Positions 11,159-25,300 of a stretch of 64,000 nt of DNA are shown piece after piece. The position numbers and the translations under genes are program-made. The notes beneath the pieces were generated by a model. That model worked only from the letters and a program-made list of their open reading frames with translations, searched no databases and was not told the origin of the DNA. This stretch comes from Penicillus capitatus. Its lineage: Eukaryota; Plantae; Chlorophyta. The DNA lies in contig OZ287704.1 in assembly GCA_965649825.1 (NCBI GenBank), positions 236,101 through 300,100 on the forward strand, in the 5' to 3' direction. Within the stretch, counting starts at the first letter, position 1. The number at the start of each line of letters is the position of its first letter.

Positions 11159-14013
11159 ATGCGGTGCGGCTGTGTTCCGCGAATTTTTCGACGTCCCAGT
11201 CCGTCGCCGCGGATTTTGACAGAGTCCGTTCCTTCACCATCAGCGACGACAGCGACAGAGCCGAGCCGAAGCAATACACCCCTGCTGACACGCGAGGTCT
11301 GCTCAGAGCGTCTGCCACGTCTATCGTCGTCGTCTTCATTTCTCAAAGAAGAGAGCGACAGTGACGACGGTGGTCCAAATGCGACGCTCTCGGAGGCAAT
11401 CCAGAATGAAGAGGAAGAGAATCACGAGACCTCGTCCCGAGCAGCAGTGGTCGCTTTCGACGATGAAGCGACGGCGAAAGAGAGCAGCGAAGAAAAACCA
11501 TTAGCTGCTATGGGGAATCAACACCACCCCTCATCTGAAAAGAAGTCCTTTACAGCGCGACGCGGAGGGGGTCTCTTTCTTAGAAGCTTCTTCAAGGCGC
11601 CGAATCCGATAGATGATACCACGTCCGTATGGGTCCGTTGCGAATGTCTTGTGGACGATGTGCTCGGGACAGTCCGATTGGTCTTGCGTCTCGAGGAAGA
11701 CTCCGCAAGCGCATTACATCATCGAACGAACAAATCTGGAAGCATTCAGTCACTTTTTCGCATTAGAGGGCGGAAGACGAAGGAGGAGAGTGAGATGACA
11801 GACCTCATCCGAGCACGGCATCCCTCATCAACCTCAGCCAAGACAGGCGATGAAACGGAAGATGAGGAGCAGCAGCAGCCCGTCGATGTGGCACGGCCAA
11901 AAGAGCGATCTGGGTTTTGCTTTGGATGGGGACTGACAGGTGTGAACAATGACGATGACGATGAAGCTATCACGCAGTCGGAGTTCATGACCGAAGCACC
12001 GCCAGGATTGGTGGGACTCATGAATCTAGGCAATACCTGTTTTCTGAATGCGGCCCTGCAATGTCTACGATGCACCCCAGGCTTCGCGACGCTGGTGGTG
12101 CCTGAACTAAGTCAAGGATTTGAAAGTGTGACCAACAATGACACAGGAAAACCGCATTCACAGAACACCATCATCCCTCAACCGCAACACAAGTATCAAG
12201 GACAACAGATAAGACGGACACTAAAGCGACAAAGGAGTCATTCACACAGTCTGAGTTCTTCATTTCCCCGTTCCGTACATCTCGACATGGACTGTAGCGT
12301 CCTGTCGAGGACAAGTTCATTGCCAGATCCATTACCGTATGAGATAGGGAGCCGACTGAAGGGGGAGACGGGGTTGGCCGGAGGATCGGTGCTGAGACTG
12401 TCCAGCGCACCAAACTTGTTGTACAAGGAGGAGGCGGCGTCTGCTGCATCGCCTGCCTCCACGACTGTCGCCGCCGTGTCGTGTCTCGACAAAGAAGTGT
12501 CTTTTCATATCAGCCGTGAGATTCCAGCCATCAAGGATCCAGCTGAAGATCTCAAGTCACTCGATGGAATCCACGATGGTTGTCATTACAAGACCAGCAT
12601 TACACAGCCTATTATTGATAAGCAGGCAGCCGTGGCTAACGAAACAGCTGCCGGAGATCGCGATCACCTCGAAATGACAAGCGGCACTGATGTAGCATTG
12701 TCAGTGCCTTTGGCAAAGAATGACGATACATCGCCGGCATCTGATAAAAAAGAGAGTGAAATAATTGAAGATCGGGGGATAAAGAAAGGGACAGAATCTG
12801 CAGCGAAAACTGCGGAAGTTGAGTTATCTGTGGATTTCATTTCCGCTTTCCAAAAACTGGTCATGGATGTTTGCCTTGGAGAGGCAGAGCATCATCGTAG
12901 CCCACGTGACCTCTACCTTCAGCTCAAGAAACTTCCACAAGGAGAGTGGTTTTGCGATGGCGGCCAGCACGATTGTCAAGAGATCTTCAAGGTGCTGCAC
13001 TGTCCTTCTGTCGCCGCTCAGGTGTGATGTGTGTCCTCTCATGTCGCCGGCAGGTATTGCTGGACGCCATTCATGCCAGTTATGCGGAACAGAGTGTCCA
13101 AACGGAACCGCAGTTTGGGCGATGCATCAGCGATGTCTCTACGACAGAGCGCGATGTCTTACAGGAGATTGAGCTCGAAAACCTCAAAGCCAACAGCCTA
13201 TGGCGGAACTACTTATCCCACGATGCCAGCCCGATCACTGACGTCTTTGCTGGCCAATTACAGATCGTCCGGGTTTGTCAGAAATGCCATTGCCGCAGCA
13301 CCACCTACGAGCCATTTTGGGATCTCTCGCTATCTCTCTCCCGGGAAAGAGTGAGTTGGTTCAATCCTGGACGCATGTCTGGCTCACTGGATGATCTTAT
13401 GCGCGCCTTCACTGCTGCCGAAGTATTGCAAGGAGACGAAGCTCCATACTGCGATTGCTGCGAACAAAAATCTCCAACCACACGGAGAATTCTGATTCAT
13501 CGATTTCCCAAAGTACTGGTGATTAATATCAAACGATTTAAGTACACCAAAGATGGCAGAGAAAAACTCACATCCAACATCACCTTCCCTTCCCGGGCGC
13601 TTCGACTCCACGTAAGAATCGAATCCAACACCGCCGTCGCCGCCAACGCATCTGATAAGATCTTCTTCCCTGTGACAGAACTTTGCATCCAAGGAGCACC
13701 AGCATGAAGGGATTTCAGAGATCTATGACTTGTATGCTGTCAGCAATCATTACGGTACGCTTGGAGGAGGGCACTACACCGCCTTCTGCAAGGTATACCC
13801 TCGACGACGGACCCACCGTGGGGCATCTCTGACAGGAGCAAGCGTGTGCAGGTGAAAGATTCCTGTGGGAAGGATGGATGGTACTCGTTCAATGACAAGA
13901 TTGTGACGAAGATCAGTGAAAACATGGTTGTGACACCGAATGCTTACATTCTCTTTTATGCGATGCGTCTCTCCTCGGAATCTTCTCACACATCCAACAC
14001 AATGCATGCGTGA
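11159..14013 (+). CDS. Ubiquitin-specific protease (peptidase C19), 3 introns
   Basis: Cys box [24 protein letters not shown], and His box [14 protein letters not shown], followed by WYSFND and NAYILFY. The start codon is uncertain. Confidence 0.88.
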
Positions 14014-14640
14014 AGCAGTTTGTCCTGAAATCAACAGATGGTGATAATTGAGGTTTCGATCTGTGAGCGATTGTCTTCGCCTGTGGATGACTGCTTCTTC
14101 TTCCCTATGGGTTCCTTTTGCTTGTTTATTCTCCCTCTTTCACTTGCTTATTCCATCCATCATTGTTTTTGCTAAATTTTGAAGTCAGGAGTCGTCACGA
14201 TCGACGAAAATCTCATCCAAAAACAATGCGCTTTGACCACTGTATTGTCAGGGGCATCTCTCATTTTATCGCGTTCTAGTGATCTGTGAAATAATCTCCC
14301 GCAAGCAACGGATTGTGCTAGTTTATGAAAATGATGTCTTCCGATGGGCTGTGTGGTTGAACTGTGGATTTCGATGTCCTCATCTTTTCGTATCGTGTCA
14401 TGACCCCGATGGATTTGCCCATCGATGAACGTCTCTTCATTTCTTTGCTGACAGGACGGACGGTGAAGCGACATTCCTCTCCTCGTCGGTGTATCCAATC
14501 TATGTGACGTTGGACTAGAAAGCGCTGGGATACAAATGACTGGACACCGATGCATGTGTTTTTTCCTTTTTGGACCATTCCTTGCTAAATCGTTCAACAA
14601 CGGATGAAACCAAAGAGAGATGTTCACTGGACCCCTTCTA

Positions 14641-17111
14641 CTACATCTCTTTGAAAATAGCGAATTCAATCACCCCCTTGATCTTGGGGAACTGCATCAG
14701 AACCTACACGTCCACAGGATGCCATAATGGGCTTTCTCGTCTGCAATTGCAATAAAACCTCGCGGCTGGGTTCTTCATCGATACCAATTGCCATCAGGGC
14801 CTCTTCTCCTCGTCTACCAGGTCGACAGACCGTCATGAAGCTCACATTGACGCCCGCCTCGCTCAGCAGAGCAGCACAACTGGTAATGATACCTGGCTGG
14901 TCGATCTGCAGGCAAGATGTGGACCTCTTTGACGGAAGAGATGCTCAAGTCACCTGTCTTAGTAGAAGAATGGAGCCCTCCAGTGCCAGATCCACATCAA
15001 AGGAACCAACTTTTGTCAAATGTGGATTGGTGTACTTAACACAACCTTCCATGTAAAGACGATTGTACTTATCCAAGGCGGCGGAGAATTTGGTTTCGGA
15101 TGTCTTCATTGAGATGGACATCGAAGACAAGACATCTCTGCACGCACACCATCCGTTCTGCCACCAGACGATCGTGATCTCTCGGACCTTCCTTCAGATC
15201 GGACAGTGATCTCGGAAATGTGGAGTCCTCTGTTCTCGGCGAGCAAGTCGGCGTTGACCATGTTGACTTTAACTTCCGAGATCTGCTCCAGGATGCCTTT
15301 GATTACATTGGCACGGAGGAGACGCGTGTCGAGGTCGTCTCCTCGGGGAGATGAGTAGCAGATACTGATGTCTGTAGAGCCGCTGTCAGCTACCAACTGA
15401 ATCGCAGCTTTGCCGAGTCTTTCTGCCAGTTGAATGTATGGACGCAGTTCTTTCTGAATCTCTGGTGGGACCATCGGCGCGTTGACAGCTGTGGACACCA
15501 GCTCCCCTAGACACCACGACACGATGCACGCCGTCAACCAACCCTCTGCCGACAATGACCTTTCAGCGCTGCAGCCACGGCCTCCACGATCTCGATCGCG
15601 ACTCCTTCTTGTGCTTCGGAGGTCGAAGCACCCAGGTGAGGTGTACAGATCACCTAAGCCATTCAAACGATGCCTCGTATAGAGATAGATGTTCGCGAAA
15701 GGGACGAGAGACTTGTGGGTGCTTGACGAGTGGATGATCAGGAGGCGGCGGCTCCGATTCAAACACATCCAAAGCCGCTTGTGCCACCGTGCCTAGGAAC
15801 ACGTGAAGACAGGACGGCCAGTTTCGTGCTGTACCTACCATCATCCAGTGCTTCCAGCAAAGCTTCATCGTCGATGACGCCTCCACGGGCCACATTAACG
15901 ATACGGACACCTAAAGAACGTGCACATCTTTGCCAGCGATCCCTTTGACAATCTTTCTTTACCCTTCTTCATTTTGCTGAAGGCAGATTTGTCGAGCATC
16001 TTCTTAGTTCCTGCCGTCAGCGGCATGTGCAAAGACAAGAAATCTGCAGACTTCATTGCCTCATCAAAGTGCACCAGTTTCACACCTACGCTTTCAGAAG
16101 TCCACAGAGAACCTTGCGACACAAATCGAGACCAATGGCCCTGGCTTTTTCGTCTGAAGCGTAGGGATCATGACCAATAACATTCATACCGAGACCCTTG
16201 GCTCTCCTTGCTACTTCAGATCCAACCTAAAGAGTGAGATTTGAAAAGACAGTTGAGAGAGAGAGGTGTGTGTGTTGTTTATTGAGCTTTACTTTTCCGA
16301 ATCCCATGACAGCCAGTGTCTTGCCCACGAGACTCGTCCCCACGAACTCACTTCGATTCCACTGTCCGTTCTTCATCGAAGCATCGGCTGCCGGAATATT
16401 CCGTGACATACTGCAGAGTAAAGCGATTCCATGTTCAGCTGCTGCCACTGTGTTGGCCGTAGGTGCGTTCACAACCAAACACCCTGCCTGTCACATCACC
16501 ACCTCAGGTGCATTCCGCGGACTCAGCTAGACACACTTCGGTGGCGGCAGCTAGATCGACATTATCCACACCCACTCCTGCACGACCCACCACTTTCAAT
16601 CGTCCGTTTGCTGCCTCGAACACGGCTCTTGTGACTTTTGTCGCCGATCGGATGATTAAGGCATCCGCCTGAGCTGCCTTTTCTTTGAGCTCTTCTTCGG
16701 ACAGACCATAGGAACAGTCAATGACAGCCAACTCGCTCAGAATCTTCACCCCTGCAGAATGGGAAACTTCTGATCCTTCTTTTTTCGTTGCTTTGTGGAC
16801 AGACCTGCATCTCCCAACTTTTCCGTAATCAACACAGTGGGTGCCGTGTCTGGGAGTGTCTCTGAACGCAGTATCGTGTTTCAGAAGAGTGAGTCTGTAG
16901 ACGGTGTGACATACCGGATTTGATCGTTTCTTGTACTGTGGCGGCTGAGATCACTTTGGTCCTAGGCCTCAGTTTAACGTAATTCGCTGAGATCCCCTAT
17001 AGATCCGACACCAGACTCAGCGTCGACGCATCCGCACATACACACGCCTACCATTCGGCAGACTGTCGTCGCGTTGCGTCGCGTCATGTTCGCGCGTCGT
17101 CGCGTATCCAT
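14641..17111 (-). CDS. PGDH: D-3-phosphoglycerate dehydrogenase, plastid-type, about 13 introns
   Basis: [41 protein letters not shown] and a C-terminal ACT domain (DQPG...MAIGIDE). The N-terminus is transit-peptide-like. Confidence 0.93.
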
Positions 17112-17279
17112 GCGTCGCGCATTCCGCGCCGTCGTCTTCCAACATCCGAGACGTTTCGTCTCCGTTACCCATCCACGATGCTGCGACAGAAGAGCTCCAA
17201 CGGATGTCATCGTTCAATTGGGTCCCACGTGTGTACGTTCGTTCACATACGCACTGATTGCCGCACAATTGCCTTGGAA

Positions 17280-18059
17280 ATGAATCAGCATGCGTCATCC
17301 GCACTCGAGGTTATTACGGTATTGTGCCCAGTGAGTTCACGACGAGGTCGATTCGTGACATCTTTGTGTACCGCCATACAAGAAACCACCATTTCTATTG
17401 AATCTTCTCAACTGGCGTCTTCTGTAGCAACGGCGAGCCCTTCTGTCTTGAGCGGACATCGAGCCGAAGTCGTTGACTTACGTTCTTTGGCGCTGGACGC
17501 TTCACAGATGCAGCCGCAGAATATCCCCAACGAACGAACGGTTGTCGAATCCTGCCTCTCCTGTTTGACATGCCTCGTCTGCTGGAGTTGCTGGAAGGAT
17601 GTTTTTTGGGCATTGGTTGGCAGTGGCTCGGACGGATTCGGTCGATATGTACCGCCAGGTTCCGACATTCCCGTTGCCCAAGCAGCACCGCAGATGCATC
17701 CGCGGATAGAAGAACAGCAACATCTACTAGAGAGTCCAGGAAAGTATCCCTTAGGAGAGTTCAGTCGTTTAGAAGAGCACGAAGATCCGAAAACTCTATT
17801 GTACAAGGCAGGAGTACCGCGATTTCCAGACATACACAAACAGGTTCCGCGTTGCCTGGATCCGACCAGCAAAAAAGGCAGCTTTCAGGATCTCGGAGAA
17901 TTCTGCCCAACGTGTTTAGACCCGTACACTCCGGAGAATCCAAAAATCGTCACCAAGTGTGGACATCATTTCCACCTGGGCTGCATCTTTTCGTGGTTGG
18001 AACGGTCCAATACGTGTCCAGTGTGTTCACGGCCAATGAGCTTCGAAGAATTTGAATGA
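17280..18059 (+). CDS. RING-H2 E3 ubiquitin ligase (RHB1A/At3g02290-like C-terminal RING)
   Basis: CPTCLDPYTPENPKIVTKCGHHFHLGCIFSWLERSNTCPVC. The start codon is uncertain (17280 or later). Confidence 0.85.
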   Translation: MNQHASSALEVITVLCPVSSRRGRFVTSLCTAIQETTISIESSQLASSVATASPSVLSGHRAEVVDLRSLALDASQMQPQNIPNERTVVESCLSCLTCLVCWSCWKDVFWALVGSGSDGFGRYVPPGSDIPVAQAAPQMHPRIEEQQHLLESPGKYPLGEFSRLEEHEDPKTLLYKAGVPRFPDIHKQVPRCLDPTSKKGSFQDLGEFCPTCLDPYTPENPKIVTKCGHHFHLGCIFSWLERSNTCPVCSRPMSFEEFE

Positions 18060-19042
18060 GGCAGATGACCTCTTTTGTGTGATAATCTGGTTGCAGACAA
18101 AAGCACCCTGATATACTTTGTATCCTACTACGGTGAAACTGTATTGCCCAGGACAGTCCGTCTGGTTGTACGACATAGCTGTATGTTATGACTCGGCGAA
18201 CAGCGATTTCAAAAAATAGGGTTTCTCAATCAATTATTCAATAAAACCCGGCAGTTTTGCATCTGCTCATCAGCTGTTCGTTTTTTATTCGACGTCCTGT
18301 GACGCCTGTGAACAAGAAGGGTCGCTGAGTGGGGCTTTGCAGAGAATGAAGTCGCGGAAGGCCGTTTTGATCAAGAGACTCTTTTTCTCCTCCCTCCGGG
18401 AAACCTGTCCTTAGTTAGCGGTTCCAAACAACGCGTTCTTATCAATGAACGCGTTGTGGCACGGTGACATGCTTATTGTCGATCTTTGCTCTTGGTCGTC
18501 GTACATCTGCACGCACATTCAGCCAAGGGTCATGTACTTGCATATGCAGGTGGTGCGTTTGATCGAGCAAGAACGATGGATTGGATATCGAAACGCCGGG
18601 ATGCCTTTGCTCTGGTGAACCTGACAGACACAAAAATGTATCCGTGTAATGCAATCCCTGTGAGGTCTCGTCCAGACGGCTTCTCGACGTGTCATCAATG
18701 ACATCGTATATCACCATCTCTATCGTCTTTGTCAGCAAGGCACAAACGCTGGCAGCACGAAGGCGATGTGCTGAGTTCTGAAGAGTGAGATTGTACGACT
18801 TCAGGAGTAACGGAGGTACTCGACTTGAAAGACGTGACGAACGCATAGCTTGGCCGAATGCTTGACGCGGCTCTGTTTCCAGCCGTACGTTGTCCGTCTC
18901 TCATGTGGTCTGATATTTAAAATCCTGCTGTACTGCAGAGATGGTTAACGCAGCATCACTCGTCTGTCCCCTTGCATTCCGCGGAGTTGTTTTGTGGCGA
19001 ACGCAGTGTTCCGAACTCGGCAAGATTCGTCTGTGAATAGAC

Positions 19043-20760
19043 ATGGAAATCGATGCTCCACGCAACGCAGCTGCGGCACAGCACTCGACCGAGCTACGGA
19101 AATGCGAAAACCCCAAAGGAATATTCTTTTTACTGACACTTTTATTCACGTGGACGCTCGTGGACAGAGGTGATGACACGATGTCTCTGGAGGAGTCCTC
19201 CAAGCTGTACTTATTTTCGCAGGCATCATTGCTTCAAACACGATAAACGGCAGCGACGATGACGGGAACTACAACGGAATACGCGTGAGTTCGTTCTTTC
19301 TTCAAGTTGAAGAATCCTTGTCGACTTCTGTTTGCAGGACGACATCGAGATGTCGAACTTCGAAAACGGCCTTCTGTCATCAGCGCTGTCGGCTGGAATC
19401 ATCGCGTGCTCTCTGTTTCTCGCACGAATCGCCTTTCGCTTTCCGCCGATGGTCATCGTGGGCGCCGGACTACTGCTCTGGTGTGTTGCTGCTGCGGCTT
19501 CTGGTCTGGCTAACAGTTTCTATGCACTGTTCACGTGTCGCTTTCTCATGGGCGTGGGCGAGTATCCGATCTTTTCACTCGGATCCATCGTCATCGGTGC
19601 GTGTAGTTATCAGTGCGCAAACAATGCTTACAGAAAGTGTGATGGCAGATGATGTGGCACCGAGTAGGAGTACAGCTTTTTGGCTGGCCGTATTCTACAC
19701 AGCAGGTCCTGTCGGCGTCGCCTGCGGCTTCTTCATCGGTTCAGTACTGGGCAGCAACATGTCATGGCGATACGTCTTCCTCTTTGAAGCGTCCGTTGCT
19801 CTTCCATTCGTCCTATGGTGCTTCGCAACAAAACCTTTCGACATCCAAAGAGATTGCGAGACGTCCAACGGTGCTGTCGCTGAGGGCCAAGAGGCGGTGA
19901 ACGGCGGATCTTCCGCGTGGCGTGACCTGAAACGCCTGATGAAGCATGTGATCTTCGATTTGAGTGTCTCCGGAGATCTGTTGCATTTTGGTTTCCTTAC
20001 CATTTTTGAGTACTGGGGAGGTCGAATCGTTGCAGCGGTTTTCGACAACGATCAGACGGACATCTACTTCGGAGGAGCTGTTGTCATCGGTTGCATCCTT
20101 GGCGGGTTAATTGGCGGCATCGTCCTGGATACCATTGGTGCGTCGTCCTCATAACGATACGCTCCTCATCGATGTACACACTATGTGCAGGATCTTCTGT
20201 CAGGAATGCCCTGTCACTCTCCTGTGTCGCCTGCTTTGTCACAGGAATCATCGTTGTTCCGGCCATCCTCTTGCTGGAAAACTTCTACGTCGCTGTGGCG
20301 TGCATTCTTGTCTGCTTTGCTGTCGCATCACTCCCACAGGTCGATTGTACTCCGGATCAAAGAAACGGTTCACATGTTGTCGTGTGCTCAGGGACCGTTG
20401 GCAGGCGTCGCGTTGTGGACAGTTCCCCTCGACTTACGTCCACTGAGCCGCAATGTCCAAACTGTCCTGGATTACGGAATCGGATCATTTCCAGCTACGG
20501 CTCTCTACGGCCTCGCCGTGGATCTGTTGAAAAAGAACCACAGCGAGGAAACTTCCTTTCGTTATGCGACGGCCGGTGCATGTCTTATCGTGATCTCGGC
20601 AGGGGCGATTCTTCTTCTCGGTGCTTTCATGAGCACCAATGAATCTGACTACAGAGTTCGATCCGGTACAGCGGCTGATGCCGACGTTTCTTCCGCGAAC
20701 TCGGAAAGCGACGAGGAACTGCTTCAACCACCGCTTGAAGACAACTTAGAAGAAGTCTAG
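19043..20760 (+). CDS. Spinster-like MFS transporter, copy 1 (5 introns)
   Basis: VDRGIIASN, NFENGLLSSA, CRFLMGVG, DDVAP...WLAVFY and TVPLDLRPLS motifs, as in plant spinster homologues. The frame is intact after splicing. Confidence 0.85.
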
Positions 20761-22399
20761 ACGTCGCTGCCGATACTATCGTGCATTTTTTGAGCAGTCT
20801 GGGTTGGTACTGCGTAAAACGATCACACGCTTTTCATCGATTCGAACATACAATACTTTCCCCTTCTCCATCATTATTGTTCACTGTTCTTTGCGTTTAT
20901 GTTAGGTTTCGATCACGTTTTTTTACCAACGACGAGATTCATGAGTATGAATATACTCTAAGTAAGATGTCTTTCGGATGCGAGCCTTCTAAGAAAGCAA
21001 GGAGGCTCTAGCTGTCTAGATTGGGTCATTTGTCATGATGGTCATTTCCTTTGACTTCTACACTTCTTACATTCCAATGCATTGCAAGTATCGTAATCTT
21101 AGCCATCTAAATACATCTTACGCTTCTTTTCCTTTCCTAGCAGGAGCATGATGCTCCTGGAGTCGTATCTGTCATTTCAAACATAACCATTTCACTCTCT
21201 AAAGCTTGCCATTTTTCATTCGACTAATATGGGATAGGATTCTCGCGGCATAAAGGACAGAATGCTTTTTGCGCGGACAGACATAGGTTTAGCAGCCGAC
21301 ACAGTTCGGTATTTCGGTATTTCGGTGTTTCCTTTCCTGATCATATCTAGCAATGTATACTTTTCCACGAGGACCTATATCTGACGCAAATGTTAACGAC
21401 GGTTCACGATTCCATGTTTAAACGAGGGATGATGATACGAAACGAGAAAAGACGAAATACTCATGGATTGATTGGACTCAAATGAACCCCATGTCACGGG
21501 CAATGAGCTGCCTGTAAAGCAGAGGGTTTTTATCGAATAGACATCGTCGAGCTTTAGCTGAGCCAAGTCAGAAACAAATGATCTGTTATGTGCGAGGTCT
21601 CTATGTTTGAATTAATAAGGTCAAAACACATCGAGGTATAAAGGTTACCGTACAAACCTCCTCTCGTACAAAACTAATCTGGCAGGGATAATAGTCCAAT
21701 GTTGTTGCTCATCAAGCAAAAATGGCAGCGGTTGGCCTGTCGTGTCATTTTATAACATTTGACATGAATCATTAATTTGTTACCTGAACTCCCCTTTTAA
21801 TCCGTGTTTGCATTTAGCTTGACGAGTCTCTTTCTGCGCTCTTAGCAACTCGCTGGTCGGTAGCATAGCCAACTTGTCATGCGTACGACCGCGGCTGCTG
21901 CACCAGCATTTGACGAACTATGACGCCATATACTGGACGTGTGATACTCGTTACCTCTTCAGAGTGTATGTACCCTTCAATAATCGTTCTTTTCTGTTAC
22001 CTTAACTTCTTACACTTTGGTCTGAAGTTCTTGCTTATCTTTTTGAATGAATGATAGAAAGTCGGATCCATTGTTCGTGTTGCAAGATAAAAAGCTCATT
22101 CTGAAAACGAAAGGTCGACGTTCACATGCATGATACACGTACCTCACACAGGCAAGTGCGTCGGGAGTTTAAGTTTTAACATGTCTAAGCACTCATCGAC
22201 GACACGCTTTTCTGCGAAACAGACCCAGCCGGCCTGCCAAAACGTGCCGCCAAGATTCTGCAAGGAGACTTCGCATCCGGGCATCTTCATCAAGCCTACA
22301 TCATATAAACAAGCTCAACGACGGTATCAACACCTTTCAAGTCTTCCCTGACTCAAACGTGTCCCTGTACCAATGTTCTGAGTAAACTTTATAGGCCAC

Positions 22400-25300
22400 A
22401 ATATAGCTGAAAATTGTCCACGTGGACCACCAGTCGTTGACCAGAATCAAGGCTTTGTGACTAGACGAGCTGTCCTGAGAGAGCTTCAATTACTCTGTAT
22501 GGACTTTTCCAGAATGGGGGAAACTTCTCATCGAGCTATGATGCGTGCAAAGGTATACATATACCCACACCAATTGGCTACAATAGGTACAAACAAAATA
22601 CCTCACGTCCTTTTGTTGCGAATGTTGTCTCTGACACGTCATTCAGTCGACGGCCTTCTTTCTGTGTCGTTTAACTCATCTGTGGATGCTTGGCTTCCAT
22701 CCATGTTGTCCCAAAATATAAGTATGTCGGATAAAGGCCAGTAACTCTATGTTTCGTCCATTCGCTAAAATCTTTCTCAGAGAACTTCTTTGCAAGAGAG
22801 TTTCTTTGGTCCATCAACCATCATGTTTTGTAGTCTTTCTATCAGCTTTTCTCGACACCTCTCACACAAACAATTGTTTGTTATGATGTGCATCTGGCGA
22901 TTAATTACAATTTCGATGTTCTTGACCGATAATGGGTTGTTGGTATTTGGCGAACTAAAACGTGGCTTATCGAACAAAGAGGATCCGTCTTAGGTGCTCA
23001 TAGTCCTCAATCTGTTGGATATTTTTATTCGTATTCTCTCTTTTGGGCTTCGTGCAAAACATTACCAATCATAACCGAGACAGAGAATCCACTAGCCTGC
23101 AAATGTAACGCACTCTAATGGAGCAGCTTAAGTTGGACCGGTGAAATCCATGAAAACGAACTTGCCCACCTTTTCAATATCTGGCAAGTGACCGAGAAGA
23201 ACTGATGGTACTTTTCACTTAAACTGCTGGCAGAACTGGCACATCCGGATATACTCCTCAACCTTACTTCTTTCCACAATATGATCCATCCTTCGTAAGA
23301 GCAAAAGTGTTCCTATGTTGCGTTCCGTACTGTATAATATGGACCTCACATAAGATGTCTTTCGTAATGACGCCAAGACGGCAGCTTGCTTTCCACTGTC
23401 CATCTACAATGGCTTCGATCGTCGCGACAAGAATTCGGGTAGAACATTTGTCTTTCCGGGAACAAAATGAACATTCGGGGAGATGTCGAGTATCTTATCT
23501 TGTCCAAACGGCATTTTCTAAATTAACTGTAGTTATACGAATTGACTAGAGTCTACATAAACGAATTATCTGTAAATAGAGTAACCTTCGCAGCAAACAA
23601 CCAAAGTGTAAATCGTTTCAGTGCACGGACAACGGCTTCTACTTCCAATCTGTTTGACACTTAATGGGCTGTAGCGATACGACTAAAATCCTATTGTGCA
23701 GCACATGACATGTTGTTCTTATGTCGAACAAGCTCCAAGTTCAAACGCACTAGCGTCTACCTCAAGATCCAACTTATCAACGCCAAGTGGATGCACAACC
23801 CTAATCGTATGAGTCTTAAGACGACTTACGAACAGAAACCAATCTTCAGATGTACCAGTCTCCACTGCCTTATGCAGCACTTCGTGGACGCCTCGCCGCA
23901 TCAAAAATGGACGATCTGTGAAAACCGTTCTCTCACTGAACGCCGTTCAGAACGTGTTAATGGATCGGAACGGCCTGCAGACGATTGATTAGATAAAGTT
24001 TTAGCCTTTTGGGGTGACGATGTGGCCTAAGAAAAGAAGCTTCTGCGCAAAGAAATGCATTATCCGGACGAAGCCTCTATCCATCATTTTGGGGTGTCTG
24101 GAACATCGCATGAAAGTTCGACTTGTGCTGCTCTTCCGATAGCGACAGAACTGAAGGTGGAATGAGATGCAAAGTGATTGACTATGTGTGACAAGATTGT
24201 GTGGGAGCTGCAGGCAATCGATCGGCTTCGAGAACTGGAGGAAAAGATCATTCAAGCAGCCGAACAGACGTCGCTCTTCTCGCAGCTCATCCATTGACAA
24301 CCGCGTTGCACATTGTGGATATCTACAGACATGTGAACGAATGCCGATCGACGTTCGTGGCAAATCTCTTTGAACTTGCGAAAACTAGCGATGACCGTTG
24401 CCGCAAAACAGCTCAGAGAAAAGCCTTTGTTTCGATGCTTTTCGCTTGGATGTTTTGTCTTTCAAATCTACCACGATTGGCGGAAGTTATCACACGTGTT
24501 GGTCCACTTCCGCATCTCAAACAGTTGGCATTCTCTCATTCGGCACAGATTTTGAACGTTCCATCTGGATTCGCGTTGATGAAGGCATCATTTCTCTGTT
24601 TCATTCCCCTGGATGCAAATGCTTTTTGACTTGCCTGCTTTGTGTTTGCGAGAAGGAACCGAACACAATCTCCTATTGAAAAGTACCAAATCCACCTCCA
24701 ATCGTTCTTTTCTCAGAGAGTATGTGCTGTCTTTTCCTATTGCGACGAACTAAACAGCAGAGCCGCACTCATCGCTCCGATATTCGATGGCAGTCAAAAA
24801 GCAGAAAATCCCGCTGCTGCTTGAAAGTATGGCCAACGCTCTGCCATTGATGCACATTAATGGACAGATTCGATAGGAGCCTAAAAAGTTGATGGATTGC
24901 TGAAGGTCTCAGGTTTCGTCTATGGCAAGGGACATTTCGAAAGCAAGAGTCTCGCGTTCGTAACCTTGTTTGGCGTTTTGAGATCGTCTTGTGTTTGGGC
25001 CATCATTCCTTGTGTCGTGGATGACACATCGCGATACGGCGTCGATCGATGACGCTTCACTGCTTCGCGCTTCTACGTCTAACCCATCTTCCGCGTGATT
25101 CGATGCCTGGTGTTTCGAACGGTTTCTTCGTAGCAGTCGAGTCCCACAGGTGTCACTGAAACGCGCAAAGAAACGTCGCGTTCTCAAATTCCCGTTCCTG
25201 TTTCTTCAACACATCAGTTCCTTCAATCTCTCCATCGTTTTCCCTACCGTCCTGCAATTGGCAACAGGTATAGCCATAATGTGCTTGCTTTCAAAAAAGA

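Noticed and set aside
11038-11159. VPS34-USP as a third cistron, and likewise CDA-tetraspanin (97-bp gap)
   Set aside because: A TGTAA candidate lies in each gap (11083 and 33063), which favours separate transcripts.
14172-14669. 165-aa minus-strand ORF after PGDH
   Set aside because: No motif or splice support. It lies where the convergent USP and PGDH 3' UTRs are expected.
18061-19040. ORFs between the RING gene and spinster copy 1
   Set aside because: No recognisable motifs or consistent splicing.
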